This document shows positions 1 through 10,814 of a stretch of 64,000 nt of DNA, in pieces. The notes under the pieces were generated by a model. It worked only from the letters and a program-made list of their open reading frames with translations. It was not told the origin of the DNA and did not search any database. Source of the DNA: an uncultured Rhizobium sp. GTDB taxonomy: Bacteria > Pseudomonadota > Alphaproteobacteria > Rickettsiales > UBA1997. Position 1 is the stretch's first letter. Each line of letters opens with the position of its first letter. The stretch covers positions 1,036 to 65,035 of the forward strand of contig CAZDLU010000007.1 of NCBI GenBank assembly GCA_964506725.1, given 5' to 3'. The position numbers and the translations under genes were made by a program.

Positions 1-3000
1 TGTTGGTAGTGCTGTTGATAGAGGTAAGCGTGGTATTGTTACTCCTTTGGGTAAATGTGCATCCAAAGCATCGTTATCTGTAGCATCTGTTGCTCTCTTT
101 GCTGTAGCGGTAGATGTGGTTAAATGCTTTTTTTTAAAAGGAATTTCCCTTTTTGCATTCTGAAAACCTACCGAATGAGCATGATCGTCTTCTATTGTAT
201 TTGCATAAACTTTAGCTATTAGAGCATCCATTCTTATATCTTCATCTATTAAAAATTTTCTTTGCACAACCATAGCAGACCTTGCTGCGGCAGTAGCGCC
301 AGGCATTGGGCTTTCTGCCATCATTACTTCCGCAGTTCTATTGCGGTTATATTGCATTAAACGATTCCAGGTTAAGCGATCGCTTTTATTTACATGAATA
401 TATTGATGCGTAATTCCGGCACTGCAATCGCCATAATCTCCACCTATGGCATTTCTTTTATCAAAAAACGTAAAAAGGCGCGATACTTTGCTTATGCTGG
501 TTAATTCGCCATTTTGTATTTGTTCAGAGGTGAATTTTTGTGATTGCAGTTTTTCATCTTTACTTAATGTAAAAACTATACAACCTAATTTATCATTGTC
601 TTGATTAAGCCATGGAAAAACTATGGCATCAGCTTTTTTCTCATTAAAACATCTTCTGGCAATTCTTTGTTGTGTCGCTTCTTTTAAAACAAAATCAGGC
701 ACTACATATTGCAATTTAATCGCACCGTCGTCTGGTAAATCAGTAAGATCAGCGTCTTTAGATTTAAATTCTGTTTTTGGATCAAGTTTTTTATAATCCG
801 ATCTGTCTAACCGACTTCTTGTTTTTTCATTTCTTCTTTCTGCTAAGCTTTGGTGCTGACGTATTTTTCCTTCAAGTTTATTTTCTCTTCTTTCAAGCGC
901 GGATTTTAATGCCGGTTCGCATTCTGGTTCATTACTCTCTTTTAATCTTGATAATTCTCGTTCTTTCTGTGCTTTGGTTTCCGACAAAAGTTTTTTTATC
1001 TCGGTATTTTCTACAATTCGTTTAAATCTTTTAAACGCTGCATAAACAGGAAAAGTTGCTGCCTCTTTTGCACTAGCAGAAGCGCTTTCTTTATTTGTAA
1101 CAATGCCACTTAGATTTTTCGCAGCTTCAAGAATATCTTCTAATGTTTTATCTCCAGCAATTGATAATACAAGTCCAGGGCTAATGTTGTTAGTTTGAAA
1201 AACATCTATAACTTGTTCTACATCCTTGATAAAACTCTTTTGCTTCGTTGTTCTAGATTTTTCATTACTATCATTCCAATATGTAATATCTTTTGCACCA
1301 AAGGCATAGTCTAAATATCTGGGTTCAAATATTTTTACAGAATCTTCAAAAGATTGAATAGCCTGTTCAAGAACATCAATTCTTTCTTCTAAAGTATTTA
1401 AATCTTTTTGCGCTTCCTCTGTTTTTGTCTTTAATCTCTCAATTTCATAATCTATTTTTTCTAAACTTTCACTAGCGCCAAGCACTATAACATGGGCCCC
1501 GCGTTTGCGCAAATTTCTTATCGCAATATTTCTTTGGGTTTGAATATCTTTTTCTGGGGTAGAGGAATCTTGACCAATGCGCAAAAAATAATCGCCATAA
1601 AAAAATGCTTCATCAAGCATTATTAATTGACCATTTAATTCTTCAGATCCATTAAAAAGATTTGTTACTATTTGTGGGTTAGAATTTAGATCTAAAGTAG
1701 TGATTCCTGCAGGAAAGAGTTCTCCATATTTTTTTTCTATTACCCCGGTTAAAAAAGTTTTCCCTCCTCCCGTTGGAATTCTGATATCTGCTTTTATTCC
1801 ATAAGTTCTACGTTCTTGCTGATGTTGAAATAATGCATTATCTATAGCTTCAAGTGCGTCTAGCTGGTCTTCGGAAAGTAAAAACTTTCCTTCTTCATCC
1901 TTTTCTGCTTTTTCTTCTCCTGTTAAGTCAGTGTTTGCAAAATCAGCATCATCAAGTCTAATGCCAAATTTTGAGATAAATGGCCTAATTGCCGGTGAGG
2001 CAAAGGCTGTATTTAATTTTTTATCTCTTACTTTTGTTATTTGTTTATAGCATACTAATATTGGAAAACGACACTCATTATCCATGATCTTTTGAGCTTC
2101 TTCGTGCCAAAGAGGAAAATCATTTTCTATTGCTTTAACAGATGAAGGAACTGCTTCAAATGTTCTTGAATATCCGGAAGTTATTCTTGTGCGGTTAAAC
2201 ATATTGACATCAACCCTTGGCACTCTTAGAGAGGCTGCCTGTTTTGCAAGCAAGGCTATTTCACATTTTACTGCATGTTTAAGAAAATTAAAGGGCAGGT
2301 TGTTTTTTGTTTCATTATTTTGCGATATAAATTGTCTTAAGAAATAAGTGGCAAAATAGCTTAATTTAGAATGAAAATCTTCTTTTGCTGCTACAGATTC
2401 TCCGTAGCGCAATAGATCTTCTAATTGCTCTTCACTATTTATGCCATCAACTTCTTTGCTTAATTGCTTAAAAAATTTTTTAATTTTAGATTTGGTAACC
2501 TCTTTATCTCTTTTTAAATCAACAAATTCATCGGTGGATCCGGGTACTTTTATTTCTCTTGGTTTTTGGTAAAAGAGATGAATTAAAGTTCTAAAAGCAT
2601 TACTATCGTTAGCTATGTTACTACCAATTCCACATAATTTAAACTTAGTTCTATTTCTAAAATCTTTTATCGGAATCGTATCTTCTGTTATAAACTCTGG
2701 TTTTTTTGCAAAAGACTCCAACTCATCATAATACGATCCAAAACGTCTATCGCATTTTACGTAATCACTAGAAAATTTTACGGTTAGTTCTTTTACTTCA
2801 TCTGATTTTAAAGCTGCTCGAGAAGAGGAGCGCGAAAGGGCTGAGGTAGTGACCGCACTCCTTACGCTTCCCGGTGAAGCTCCACCACTCGCCACCATAT
2901 CTCTATCTCTCGGGGAATTTCCGCCACTTGCCGGTATTAAAGAGGCAGGAGGTTTAGGGCCTCTAGGATTTTTTGGGGGCAAAGCGCCTTTCGGGGCATC

Positions 3001-3033
3001 AGGTAAAACTGAGCCGCTAGGATTTCTTTTCAT
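1..3033 (-). CDS. Large hypothetical protein (at least 1011 aa, C-terminus beyond window edge) with an SF2-helicase-like P-loop NTPase core interrupted by coiled-coil stretches; possible translocated effector
   Basis: Absent from the supplied track because its stop lies outside the window. I checked every minus-strand codon in the frame of ATG 3033-3031 and found no stop down to base 1 (1011 codons). An in-frame TGA lies just upstream at 3036-3034. The N-terminus MKRNPSGSVLPDAPKGALPPKNPRGPKPP is Pro/Gly/Ser-rich and basic. Walker A PTGGGKTF is at nt 1756-1776 and a DExx box MLDEAFF at nt 1603-1620. Glu/Lys-rich coiled-coil-like stretches follow, then a second domain with LMQYNRNRT resembling helicase motif VI. 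Confidence 0.75.
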   Translation of the reverse strand, partial: MKRNPSGSVLPDAPKGALPPKNPRGPKPPASLIPASGGNSPRDRDMVASGGASPGSVRSAVTTSALSRSSSRAALKSDEVKELTVKFSSDYVKCDRRFGSYYDELESFAKKPEFITEDTIPIKDFRNRTKFKLCGIGSNIANDSNAFRTLIHLFYQKPREIKVPGSTDEFVDLKRDKEVTKSKIKKFFKQLSKEVDGINSEEQLEDLLRYGESVAAKEDFHSKLSYFATYFLRQFISQNNETKNNLPFNFLKHAVKCEIALLAKQAASLRVPRVDVNMFNRTRITSGYSRTFEAVPSSVKAIENDFPLWHEEAQKIMDNECRFPILVCYKQITKVRDKKLNTAFASPAIRPFISKFGIRLDDADFANTDLTGEEKAEKDEEGKFLLSEDQLDALEAIDNALFQHQQERRTYGIKADIRIPTGGGKTFLTGVIEKKYGELFPAGITTLDLNSNPQIVTNLFNGSEELNGQLIMLDEAFFYGDYFLRIGQDSSTPEKDIQTQRNIAIRNLRKRGAHVIVLGASESLEKIDYEIERLKTKTEEAQKDLNTLEERIDVLEQAIQSFEDSVKIFEPRYLDYAFGAKDITYWNDSNEKSRTTKQKSFIKDVEQVIDVFQTNNISPGLVLSIAGDKTLEDILEAAKNLSGIVTNKESASASAKEAATFPVYAAFKRFKRIVENTEIKKLLSETKAQKERELSRLKESNEPECEPALKSALERRENKLEGKIRQHQSLAERRNEKTRSRLDRSDYKKLDPKTEFKSKDADLTDLPDDGAIKLQYVVPDFVLKEATQQRIARRCFNEKKADAIVFPWLNQDNDKLGCIVFTLSKDEKLQSQKFTSEQIQNGELTSISKVSRLFTFFDKRNAIGGDYGDCSAGITHQYIHVNKSDRLTWNRLMQYNRNRTAEVMMAESPMPGATAAARSAMVVQRKFLIDEDIRMDALIAKVYANTIEDDHAHSVGFQNAKREIPFKKKHLTTSTATAKRATDATDNDALDAHLPKGVTIPRLPLSTALPT

Positions 3034-3179
3034 TCAATCTAATAAATAATTAAAACTTAAATCCAACCATAACAAAAATTTCACTCAAAATCAAAATAAA
3101 TTTCTGCTTTTCTTTTTCAAACATTTATTTTACAAATAATTTTCAATTCCAAAAAAATTTCTCTCTTCGAAAAAAATAA

Positions 3180-5033
3180 ATGCAAGATATCCCATTCATA
3201 AGACATATCCGCAATTTTACAATAATAACCTTATTGATTTTATTTGTCTTGGCGTTGTGCTTTTATTTGACCGGAACTTTGGTTTTAGTCACTATTACCG
3301 GGCGTTGGGACGTTATAAAAGCCTATTCACATTTGTCTTTAGACAAGCAATTTATTTTTCTTTTTCAAACGCTTTTTACTTATTGGAAATTTTATTTTTC
3401 TAATTACGGCAAGCTTACTCCCACAAGCTATAACGGCTTCACAACGAAATTATGGATAACCACGATTTTGCCTTATGGAATTTTATTTACTTTAGCCTGG
3501 GTTTTCCGCGCGCCCTTGATGGATTGGCGGCCGTTTAAAAAACCGGAATCTATTCACGGTGATGCTAAATGGGCGAGTCCGAAGCAGGTTAAAAAAATGG
3601 GATTGCGTTGTAAATCTGGTGTTTTGCTTGGTATGTATAAAAATAAATTGCTCATCACCGATGGCTATCAACACATACTGCTATTCGCGCCAACGGGTTC
3701 CGGTAAAGGTGTGGGTTTCGTAATTCCTAATTTATTATTTTGGAAAGAATCGGTAATTGTGCATGATATTAAATTGGAAAACTATGAGCTTACATCCGGT
3801 TGGCGTAAAAAACATTTGAAACAAAAGGTCGTATTATGGAATCCGGCCGATCCTGACGGTATTTCTCACTGTTATAATCCGATGGATTGGATTTCCAAAA
3901 AGCCCGGACAAATGGTGGATGACGTGCAAAAAATTTGCAACTTCCTCTTGCCGGAACAGGAATTTTGGCAAAACGAAGCGCGTGCTTTGTTAACCGGTGT
4001 GATGCTTTATTTGGTGGCGGCTGAAGACAAGCCTTGTACGCTCGGAGAGGTGGTGCGAACTCTGCGTAACGATGACGTTGTTTACAATTTAGCTGTGGTT
4101 CTTGACACAATGGGCAAAAAAATTCACCCGGTTTCTTACATGAATATTGCGGCTTATTTACAAAAGCCTGACAAAGAACGTGGTTCGGTGACATCAACGG
4201 CGAACTCGTCTCTCGAATTGTGGGCCAACCCATTGATTGATACAACAACGGCGACCAGTGATTTTAATTTGCACGAATTTAAATTGACGCCGCATACTTG
4301 CTATGCCGGTCTAACGCCTGATAACATTACACGCTTAAAGCCTTTGATGAATATGTTTTACCAACAGGCCGCGGCGTTTTTTACCGCGCATATGCCGCGC
4401 CCGGAAGAAAAATTCGGCGTGTTGATGCTGATGGACGAGTTTCCGACTCTTGGGAAAATGGAGCAATTTCAAGCCGGTATCGCTTATTTTCGTGGTTATA
4501 AAGTGCGTTTGTTTTTGATTATTCAAGATACCGAGCAGCTGAAAGGAATCTATGAAGAAAGCGGTATGAACTCGTTTTTATCAAACTCAACTTATCGCGT
4601 AACTTTCGCGGCGAACAACATGGAAACGGCGAATTTAATTTCGCAATTAATCGGTAATAAAACTGCGACGCAAATTTCTTATAATAAACCGAAATATTTA
4701 GATTTAAATCCCGGTGCGCGTTCATTGCACTTATCTGATACGCAGCGCGCGCTATTGCTTCCGCAAGAGGTTATTCAATTACCTCGCGACGAAGAAATTA
4801 TTTTGATTGAATCGCAACCGCCGATTCGTTGTAAAAAAATAAAATATTTTGCGGATAAAATGTTTAAGAGCCGCCTATTACCGAAGGTTGATATTCCTAA
4901 ACAAGAACCTTACATGCCGGATCATACTAAAAATAGCAAAGCTAATAAAGGCGGAGAGGGTGCGAAAAACGCGGGCTCAGGGGCAGCGGATAAAAAAGAA
5001 GATGATGCAGGTGGTGGAGTTATTGAAGGATAA
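3180..5033 (+). CDS. virD4: Type IV secretion system coupling protein, VirD4/TraG family
   Basis: 617 aa. N-terminal hydrophobic helices, Walker A in LLFAPTGSGKGVGFVIPNLL and Walker B-like MLMDEFPTLG give the overall TraG/VirD4 layout. The C-terminal tail is Gly/Lys/Asp-rich. Confidence 0.9.
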   Translation: MQDIPFIRHIRNFTIITLLILFVLALCFYLTGTLVLVTITGRWDVIKAYSHLSLDKQFIFLFQTLFTYWKFYFSNYGKLTPTSYNGFTTKLWITTILPYGILFTLAWVFRAPLMDWRPFKKPESIHGDAKWASPKQVKKMGLRCKSGVLLGMYKNKLLITDGYQHILLFAPTGSGKGVGFVIPNLLFWKESVIVHDIKLENYELTSGWRKKHLKQKVVLWNPADPDGISHCYNPMDWISKKPGQMVDDVQKICNFLLPEQEFWQNEARALLTGVMLYLVAAEDKPCTLGEVVRTLRNDDVVYNLAVVLDTMGKKIHPVSYMNIAAYLQKPDKERGSVTSTANSSLELWANPLIDTTTATSDFNLHEFKLTPHTCYAGLTPDNITRLKPLMNMFYQQAAAFFTAHMPRPEEKFGVLMLMDEFPTLGKMEQFQAGIAYFRGYKVRLFLIIQDTEQLKGIYEESGMNSFLSNSTYRVTFAANNMETANLISQLIGNKTATQISYNKPKYLDLNPGARSLHLSDTQRALLLPQEVIQLPRDEEIILIESQPPIRCKKIKYFADKMFKSRLLPKVDIPKQEPYMPDHTKNSKANKGGEGAKNAGSGAADKKEDDAGGGVIEG

Positions 5034-7351
<2,318 letters not shown>

Positions 7352-7353
7352 GC

Positions 7354-8637
7354 ATGTTGACAGCTTTTCGCAAATATTCATTTTTTTTAGTGCTTAGTGC
7401 TTGCTGCTTGGCGCTTGGTGAGGCGAGGGCGGATGAGAAACTTCCTTCGTTGGATGAAATTACGGCGGAATTACAGCAAAAAAAAGCTGAAGCTGAGCCA
7501 TTCGATCCGGCAAAAGTTAAGGTTGATATAGAGTCGTTGGGCCTTGATGCTCTTGACGAGAGAGATAAAGCTGGGGAAATAAAAAAAGAAGAAAAACAAG
7601 AAGAGAAGTCCAAGGAGGAAGTAAAAATTGTTCAGCCGAAAGCGCCTGAAAAACCAACGCCAAAGACCAGCAGTGAAACAAAAATAATTGACGATTCCGT
7701 TGAAAAAAAGATTGAAGAAAAAAAACAAGTTGAAGTGATAAAGCCTGTTGCTACAACGTCTGCTGACATAAAAAAGCCAACTGAAAAATACATTAATTCT
7801 GTAAAAAAACAAAATCTAAAAAAACGTTTAGAACAAGAAAAGAAAAGAGAAAGAAGTGCAAAGGAGAATTTAAAAAAGCTGCAAGAACTACGGGCCCAAT
7901 ACTTGATAAAGATTGACAAAAATAAAGAACAAGAAGAATTTTTTGCTACAGAAGAAAAAATAATTCCGCAGCGAAAAACTTTTAGCCAATTTATTTCTGA
8001 TGAGGCTCCTGCAATTCCGATTTTAAACCGCTATCGTACGCAGGATAATTTACACATTCCGGTTATTTTAACTCATAAAGAAAAAATTGATATAATGTTT
8101 GATGCAATCAGGCAGCGCTATGATACCGAATATTTTAATGCTGCTTATAAAAATGTCGAAAATCCAAATGAGATTAATGAAAACGGTGATACGATTTTAA
8201 CTTACGCCATTTTAATTCAGAATTATGGCGTGATTGCTTCGGTATTAGCTAAAGGCGCGGATCCAAACATGCCAAATTCTTTGGGCTATACTCCGGTCAA
8301 TATTGCAATTGAACTTGCCGATAATAGGGCACTTAATTTGCTCGCGGAAAATAAAGCTGATTTAACGAATTATCTTGATGCTTTCGGGCGCAATTATTTG
8401 ATGTATGCGGTGCGTGTTGGCTTTTTACCGGCTGTGGAATTATTTTTTAAAAAAGGAATTGATATAAATGCTATGGATGATGACGGATTCACTGCTTTAG
8501 CCATTGCACACCGTTATAAACGTGATATTATTGTGAAATATTTATTGCAAAATGGTGCTAAAACTTGGATCGAAAAACCTTATGAACCTGAAAAAAAATC
8601 TTTAATAAAAGAATTGGAAAATAGATGGAAAAATTAG
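7354..8637 (+). CDS. Ankyrin-repeat protein with signal-peptide-like N-terminus and Lys/Glu-rich linker
   Basis: N-terminus MLTAFRKYSFFLVLSACCLALGEARA, then ~200 aa of K/E-rich low-complexity sequence. C-terminal ankyrin repeats follow: GDTILTYAI..LAKGADPN, LGYTPVNIAIE, GRNYLMYAV, DGFTALAIAHRYKRDIIVKYLLQNGAK. Confidence 0.8.
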   Translation: MLTAFRKYSFFLVLSACCLALGEARADEKLPSLDEITAELQQKKAEAEPFDPAKVKVDIESLGLDALDERDKAGEIKKEEKQEEKSKEEVKIVQPKAPEKPTPKTSSETKIIDDSVEKKIEEKKQVEVIKPVATTSADIKKPTEKYINSVKKQNLKKRLEQEKKRERSAKENLKKLQELRAQYLIKIDKNKEQEEFFATEEKIIPQRKTFSQFISDEAPAIPILNRYRTQDNLHIPVILTHKEKIDIMFDAIRQRYDTEYFNAAYKNVENPNEINENGDTILTYAILIQNYGVIASVLAKGADPNMPNSLGYTPVNIAIELADNRALNLLAENKADLTNYLDAFGRNYLMYAVRVGFLPAVELFFKKGIDINAMDDDGFTALAIAHRYKRDIIVKYLLQNGAKTWIEKPYEPEKKSLIKELENRWKN

Positions 8638-8833
8638 TGAGTTTAAAATAATTTATTAATGAGTTTTTGGACCCATTAATGCAGGAAGTGACATAGCAGT
8701 AATGCTTCCGCCATATTGCATGACGGAGTCCATAATCTCTTTAATTATTATTTAAATTCTGATTTTACTAAACAAAACCAGCTTTATCTGCAGTCAATAC
8801 GTTTTAAATCAAAAAAACGTAAACCGTATTTTT

Positions 8834-9805
8834 TTGCTTGTTTTTGCTATTGTATTTTTTTCCATTAAGCCAATCAAAGCACAAATAGAAAGTCTTTATG
8901 ATAATAATGCTGGTGCGGTTGCGGGCATTAATTCATTGATGTCGGCTGTTGCAAGTAATGATTTAAACGGTGTTAAATTTTTTGCCAAAGCGGGCAGGGT
9001 ATTGATAAATCAAAAAAATTTGGGAGGTGCTACTTCACTGCATCTGGCATGTCGCGAAGGCAATTTTGAAATTGTGAAAGTTCTAATTGAAAATGGTGCC
9101 GATGTTAATGTTGTTGATAATGAAGGCTGGACACCATTGATGCGCGCAGCTTTAGCGGGTAACCAAAATATTACGGCATTGTTACTTGATCAAAAAGCTA
9201 TAGCAAGCAAAACCAATTTAACCGGCGAATCCGCCATAATTCACGCGGCTTTATCCAATTGCAACGAATGTTTAAATTTCATGTTTGAGAAATTTGATTT
9301 TATTCAAAACATGGATATCAGGCTTTTAAAAGAGCAATTGACGGAAGCTTTTGTTATTGCGCGCAACCATGAAAATGAAGTAATGCAAGGTTTGCTTACA
9401 AGCTATTTGGATCGTGTTATTAAAGCCGAGCCTTTAATTAAAGAAAAAGACCAATCTACTCCGCCTATTCCGTCTTTAGAAAACAAAGTATTTAAGATTA
9501 AGAAGGATGAAACAGAAGAGGAGGTTGTTTACACCAAGCCGATTGTGCCTATAGCTAATCCTAATGCGGTTTTTAATGAATCAATATTGCCGGTAACAAA
9601 ATCTTCTGCGCAGTCACCAATCCCCATGATTGTTAAAAATAATGAAGGTAATAACACTGTTGTGAAGAAGTTTAAATTTATATCAGGACCCAGTGGACAG
9701 GTTGTAACTAGTGTGCCAAAATATAAGAAAAAATATAAAGCAGTGGTGAAGCCTAAAACTGTTTACAAATTTAAAGGCGATTGTTATTGCGATAAAAAAC
9801 AGTAA
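8834..9805 (+). CDS. Ankyrin-repeat protein
   Basis: Ankyrin repeat consensus is clear: GATSLHLACREGNFEIVKVLIENGADVNVVDNEGWTPLMRAALAGNQNITALLLD. The track start is a TTG with no in-frame ATG upstream, so the start is uncertain. The N-terminus is short and hydrophobic; the C-terminal third is Pro/Lys-rich. Confidence 0.8.
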   Translation: MLVFAIVFFSIKPIKAQIESLYDNNAGAVAGINSLMSAVASNDLNGVKFFAKAGRVLINQKNLGGATSLHLACREGNFEIVKVLIENGADVNVVDNEGWTPLMRAALAGNQNITALLLDQKAIASKTNLTGESAIIHAALSNCNECLNFMFEKFDFIQNMDIRLLKEQLTEAFVIARNHENEVMQGLLTSYLDRVIKAEPLIKEKDQSTPPIPSLENKVFKIKKDETEEEVVYTKPIVPIANPNAVFNESILPVTKSSAQSPIPMIVKNNEGNNTVVKKFKFISGPSGQVVTSVPKYKKKYKAVVKPKTVYKFKGDCYCDKKQ

Positions 9806-9850
9806 CTAAAGCGATAGTTTTACGTAATGTATTTTCCCCATAATATATAT

Positions 9851-10010
9851 TATGTAAAATTAAATATTATTTTTTTAAAGGTTATGTCAGCAAAAAATAC
9901 TAATACTAAAACAATAAAAGTTGCCCCAAGTATGTAAAATTAAATATTATTTTTTTAAAGGTTATGTCAGCAAAAAATACTAATACTAAAACAATAAAAG
10001 TTGCCCCAAG
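9851..10010. repeat. Exact 80-bp direct tandem duplication (2 copies: 9851-9930 and 9931-10010)
   Basis: Read directly: tatgtaaaattaaatattatttttttaaaggttatgtcagcaaaaaatactaatactaaaacaataaaagttgccccaag occurs twice back to back with no mismatch. Each copy carries the upstream AT-rich leader, the ATG and the first 15 full codons of the downstream ORF. Confidence 0.95.
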
Positions 10011-10749
10011 AAGTAGTGAAGATAGTGGATTTAGAGGTGTTGACTATATTGTAGAAAATGCCGCTCCACAGCAACCTAGTATTCTTAGAAGAGTATTTGG
10101 CCAAGGAGGTGTAAATATAACAACTCGTCTTGTGACAATAATTTCTTCTCTAGCTGGTGCGGGATGCTTTTCGGTGGCAGGTTATTTTGGATCAGGAGGA
10201 AGTGTAGAAACTGCTGCAGAGGCTGCTGGACTAGCAACCGAATATGGTGTAGTGGGAGCTATGATGGTAGTAGTTGCATTATCTTCAGAGGCAGGTCGAG
10301 CTTACCGTAGATATAGAGTTAATAATCAGACTGTTAGTCCTGATAGTAATGCTTCTGCACAAGGTAAAACTAATGTGCATCAGCAAACTAAGGAGACAGA
10401 GGCTGCCATTACGGTTAAAGTTGAAGAAATTGTGGTTGAAGAAAATGCTCACCCTTCCCCAACTTCTAATTTATCTCCAACATCTCCGCTTTCTCAATCA
10501 AGCGTAGTTAGTAATAAGCCATTACTTAAAACAAATGATATTAGAAAAACAAATGATATTAGACCCGGTGATAGAATCGGTGCAAGAAGAGTGACCTTTT
10601 CATCACCAACCCCGCTTTCTCCTTTGTCAAATTTAGCTTCGACAGATATTCCTGGCTCTGCTCCTCAAATTGATCATGAATCAAAAGATAATGATGATGT
10701 GGTTAAAAAGATGTTTGGTGATGTAGAAGAAATTGAATTCAAAAGGTGA
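9964..10749 (+). CDS. Hypothetical protein with Gly/Ala-rich membrane segment and Pro/Ser-rich tail
   Basis: 261-aa ORF. Gly-zipper-like hydrophobic stretch IISSLAGAGCFSVAGYFGSGGS...GVVGAMMVVVALS. Ser/Pro-rich region PSPTSNLSPTSPLSQSS. In-frame 18-bp tandem repeat at 10528-10563 (KTNDIR x2). No family recognised. Confidence 0.6.
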   Translation: MSAKNTNTKTIKVAPRSSEDSGFRGVDYIVENAAPQQPSILRRVFGQGGVNITTRLVTIISSLAGAGCFSVAGYFGSGGSVETAAEAAGLATEYGVVGAMMVVVALSSEAGRAYRRYRVNNQTVSPDSNASAQGKTNVHQQTKETEAAITVKVEEIVVEENAHPSPTSNLSPTSPLSQSSVVSNKPLLKTNDIRKTNDIRPGDRIGARRVTFSSPTPLSPLSNLASTDIPGSAPQIDHESKDNDDVVKKMFGDVEEIEFKR

Positions 10750-10762
10750 CGCTTTCCAATTC

Positions 10763-10795
10763 GCAATCTGTTGTGTTGACTATGCAACAGATTGC
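10763..10795. terminator. Hairpin between convergent genes (possible bidirectional terminator)
   Basis: 11-bp perfect inverted repeat gcaatctgttg (10763-10773) / caacagattgc (10785-10795) with an 11-nt loop. It lies between the stop of the 9964-10749 ORF and the stop of kbl. There is no strong T-run. Confidence 0.45.
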
Positions 10796-10814
10796 CACAC
10801 TGTTTAAATATTGG

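Noticed and set aside
777-1025. 82-aa plus-strand ORF from the track
   Set aside because: It lies antisense inside the verified 1-3033 minus-strand ORF. Its Phe/Leu-rich low-complexity translation is typical of a shadow frame in AT-rich coding DNA.
2849-3049. 66-aa plus-strand ORF from the track
   Set aside because: It is antisense to the Pro/Gly-rich N-terminus of the large minus-strand ORF. It is a mirror-image Gly/Pro/Leu-rich shadow frame with no independent support.
3790-4248. 152-aa antisense ORF inside virD4. Similar long antisense or alternate-frame ORFs occur at 18268-18621, 19544-19915, 33828-34256, 45738-46148, 50190-50549 and 58191-58562.
   Set aside because: Each overlaps a gene with strong family signatures on the other strand and has no recognisable motif of its own. 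I treat them as shadow ORFs.
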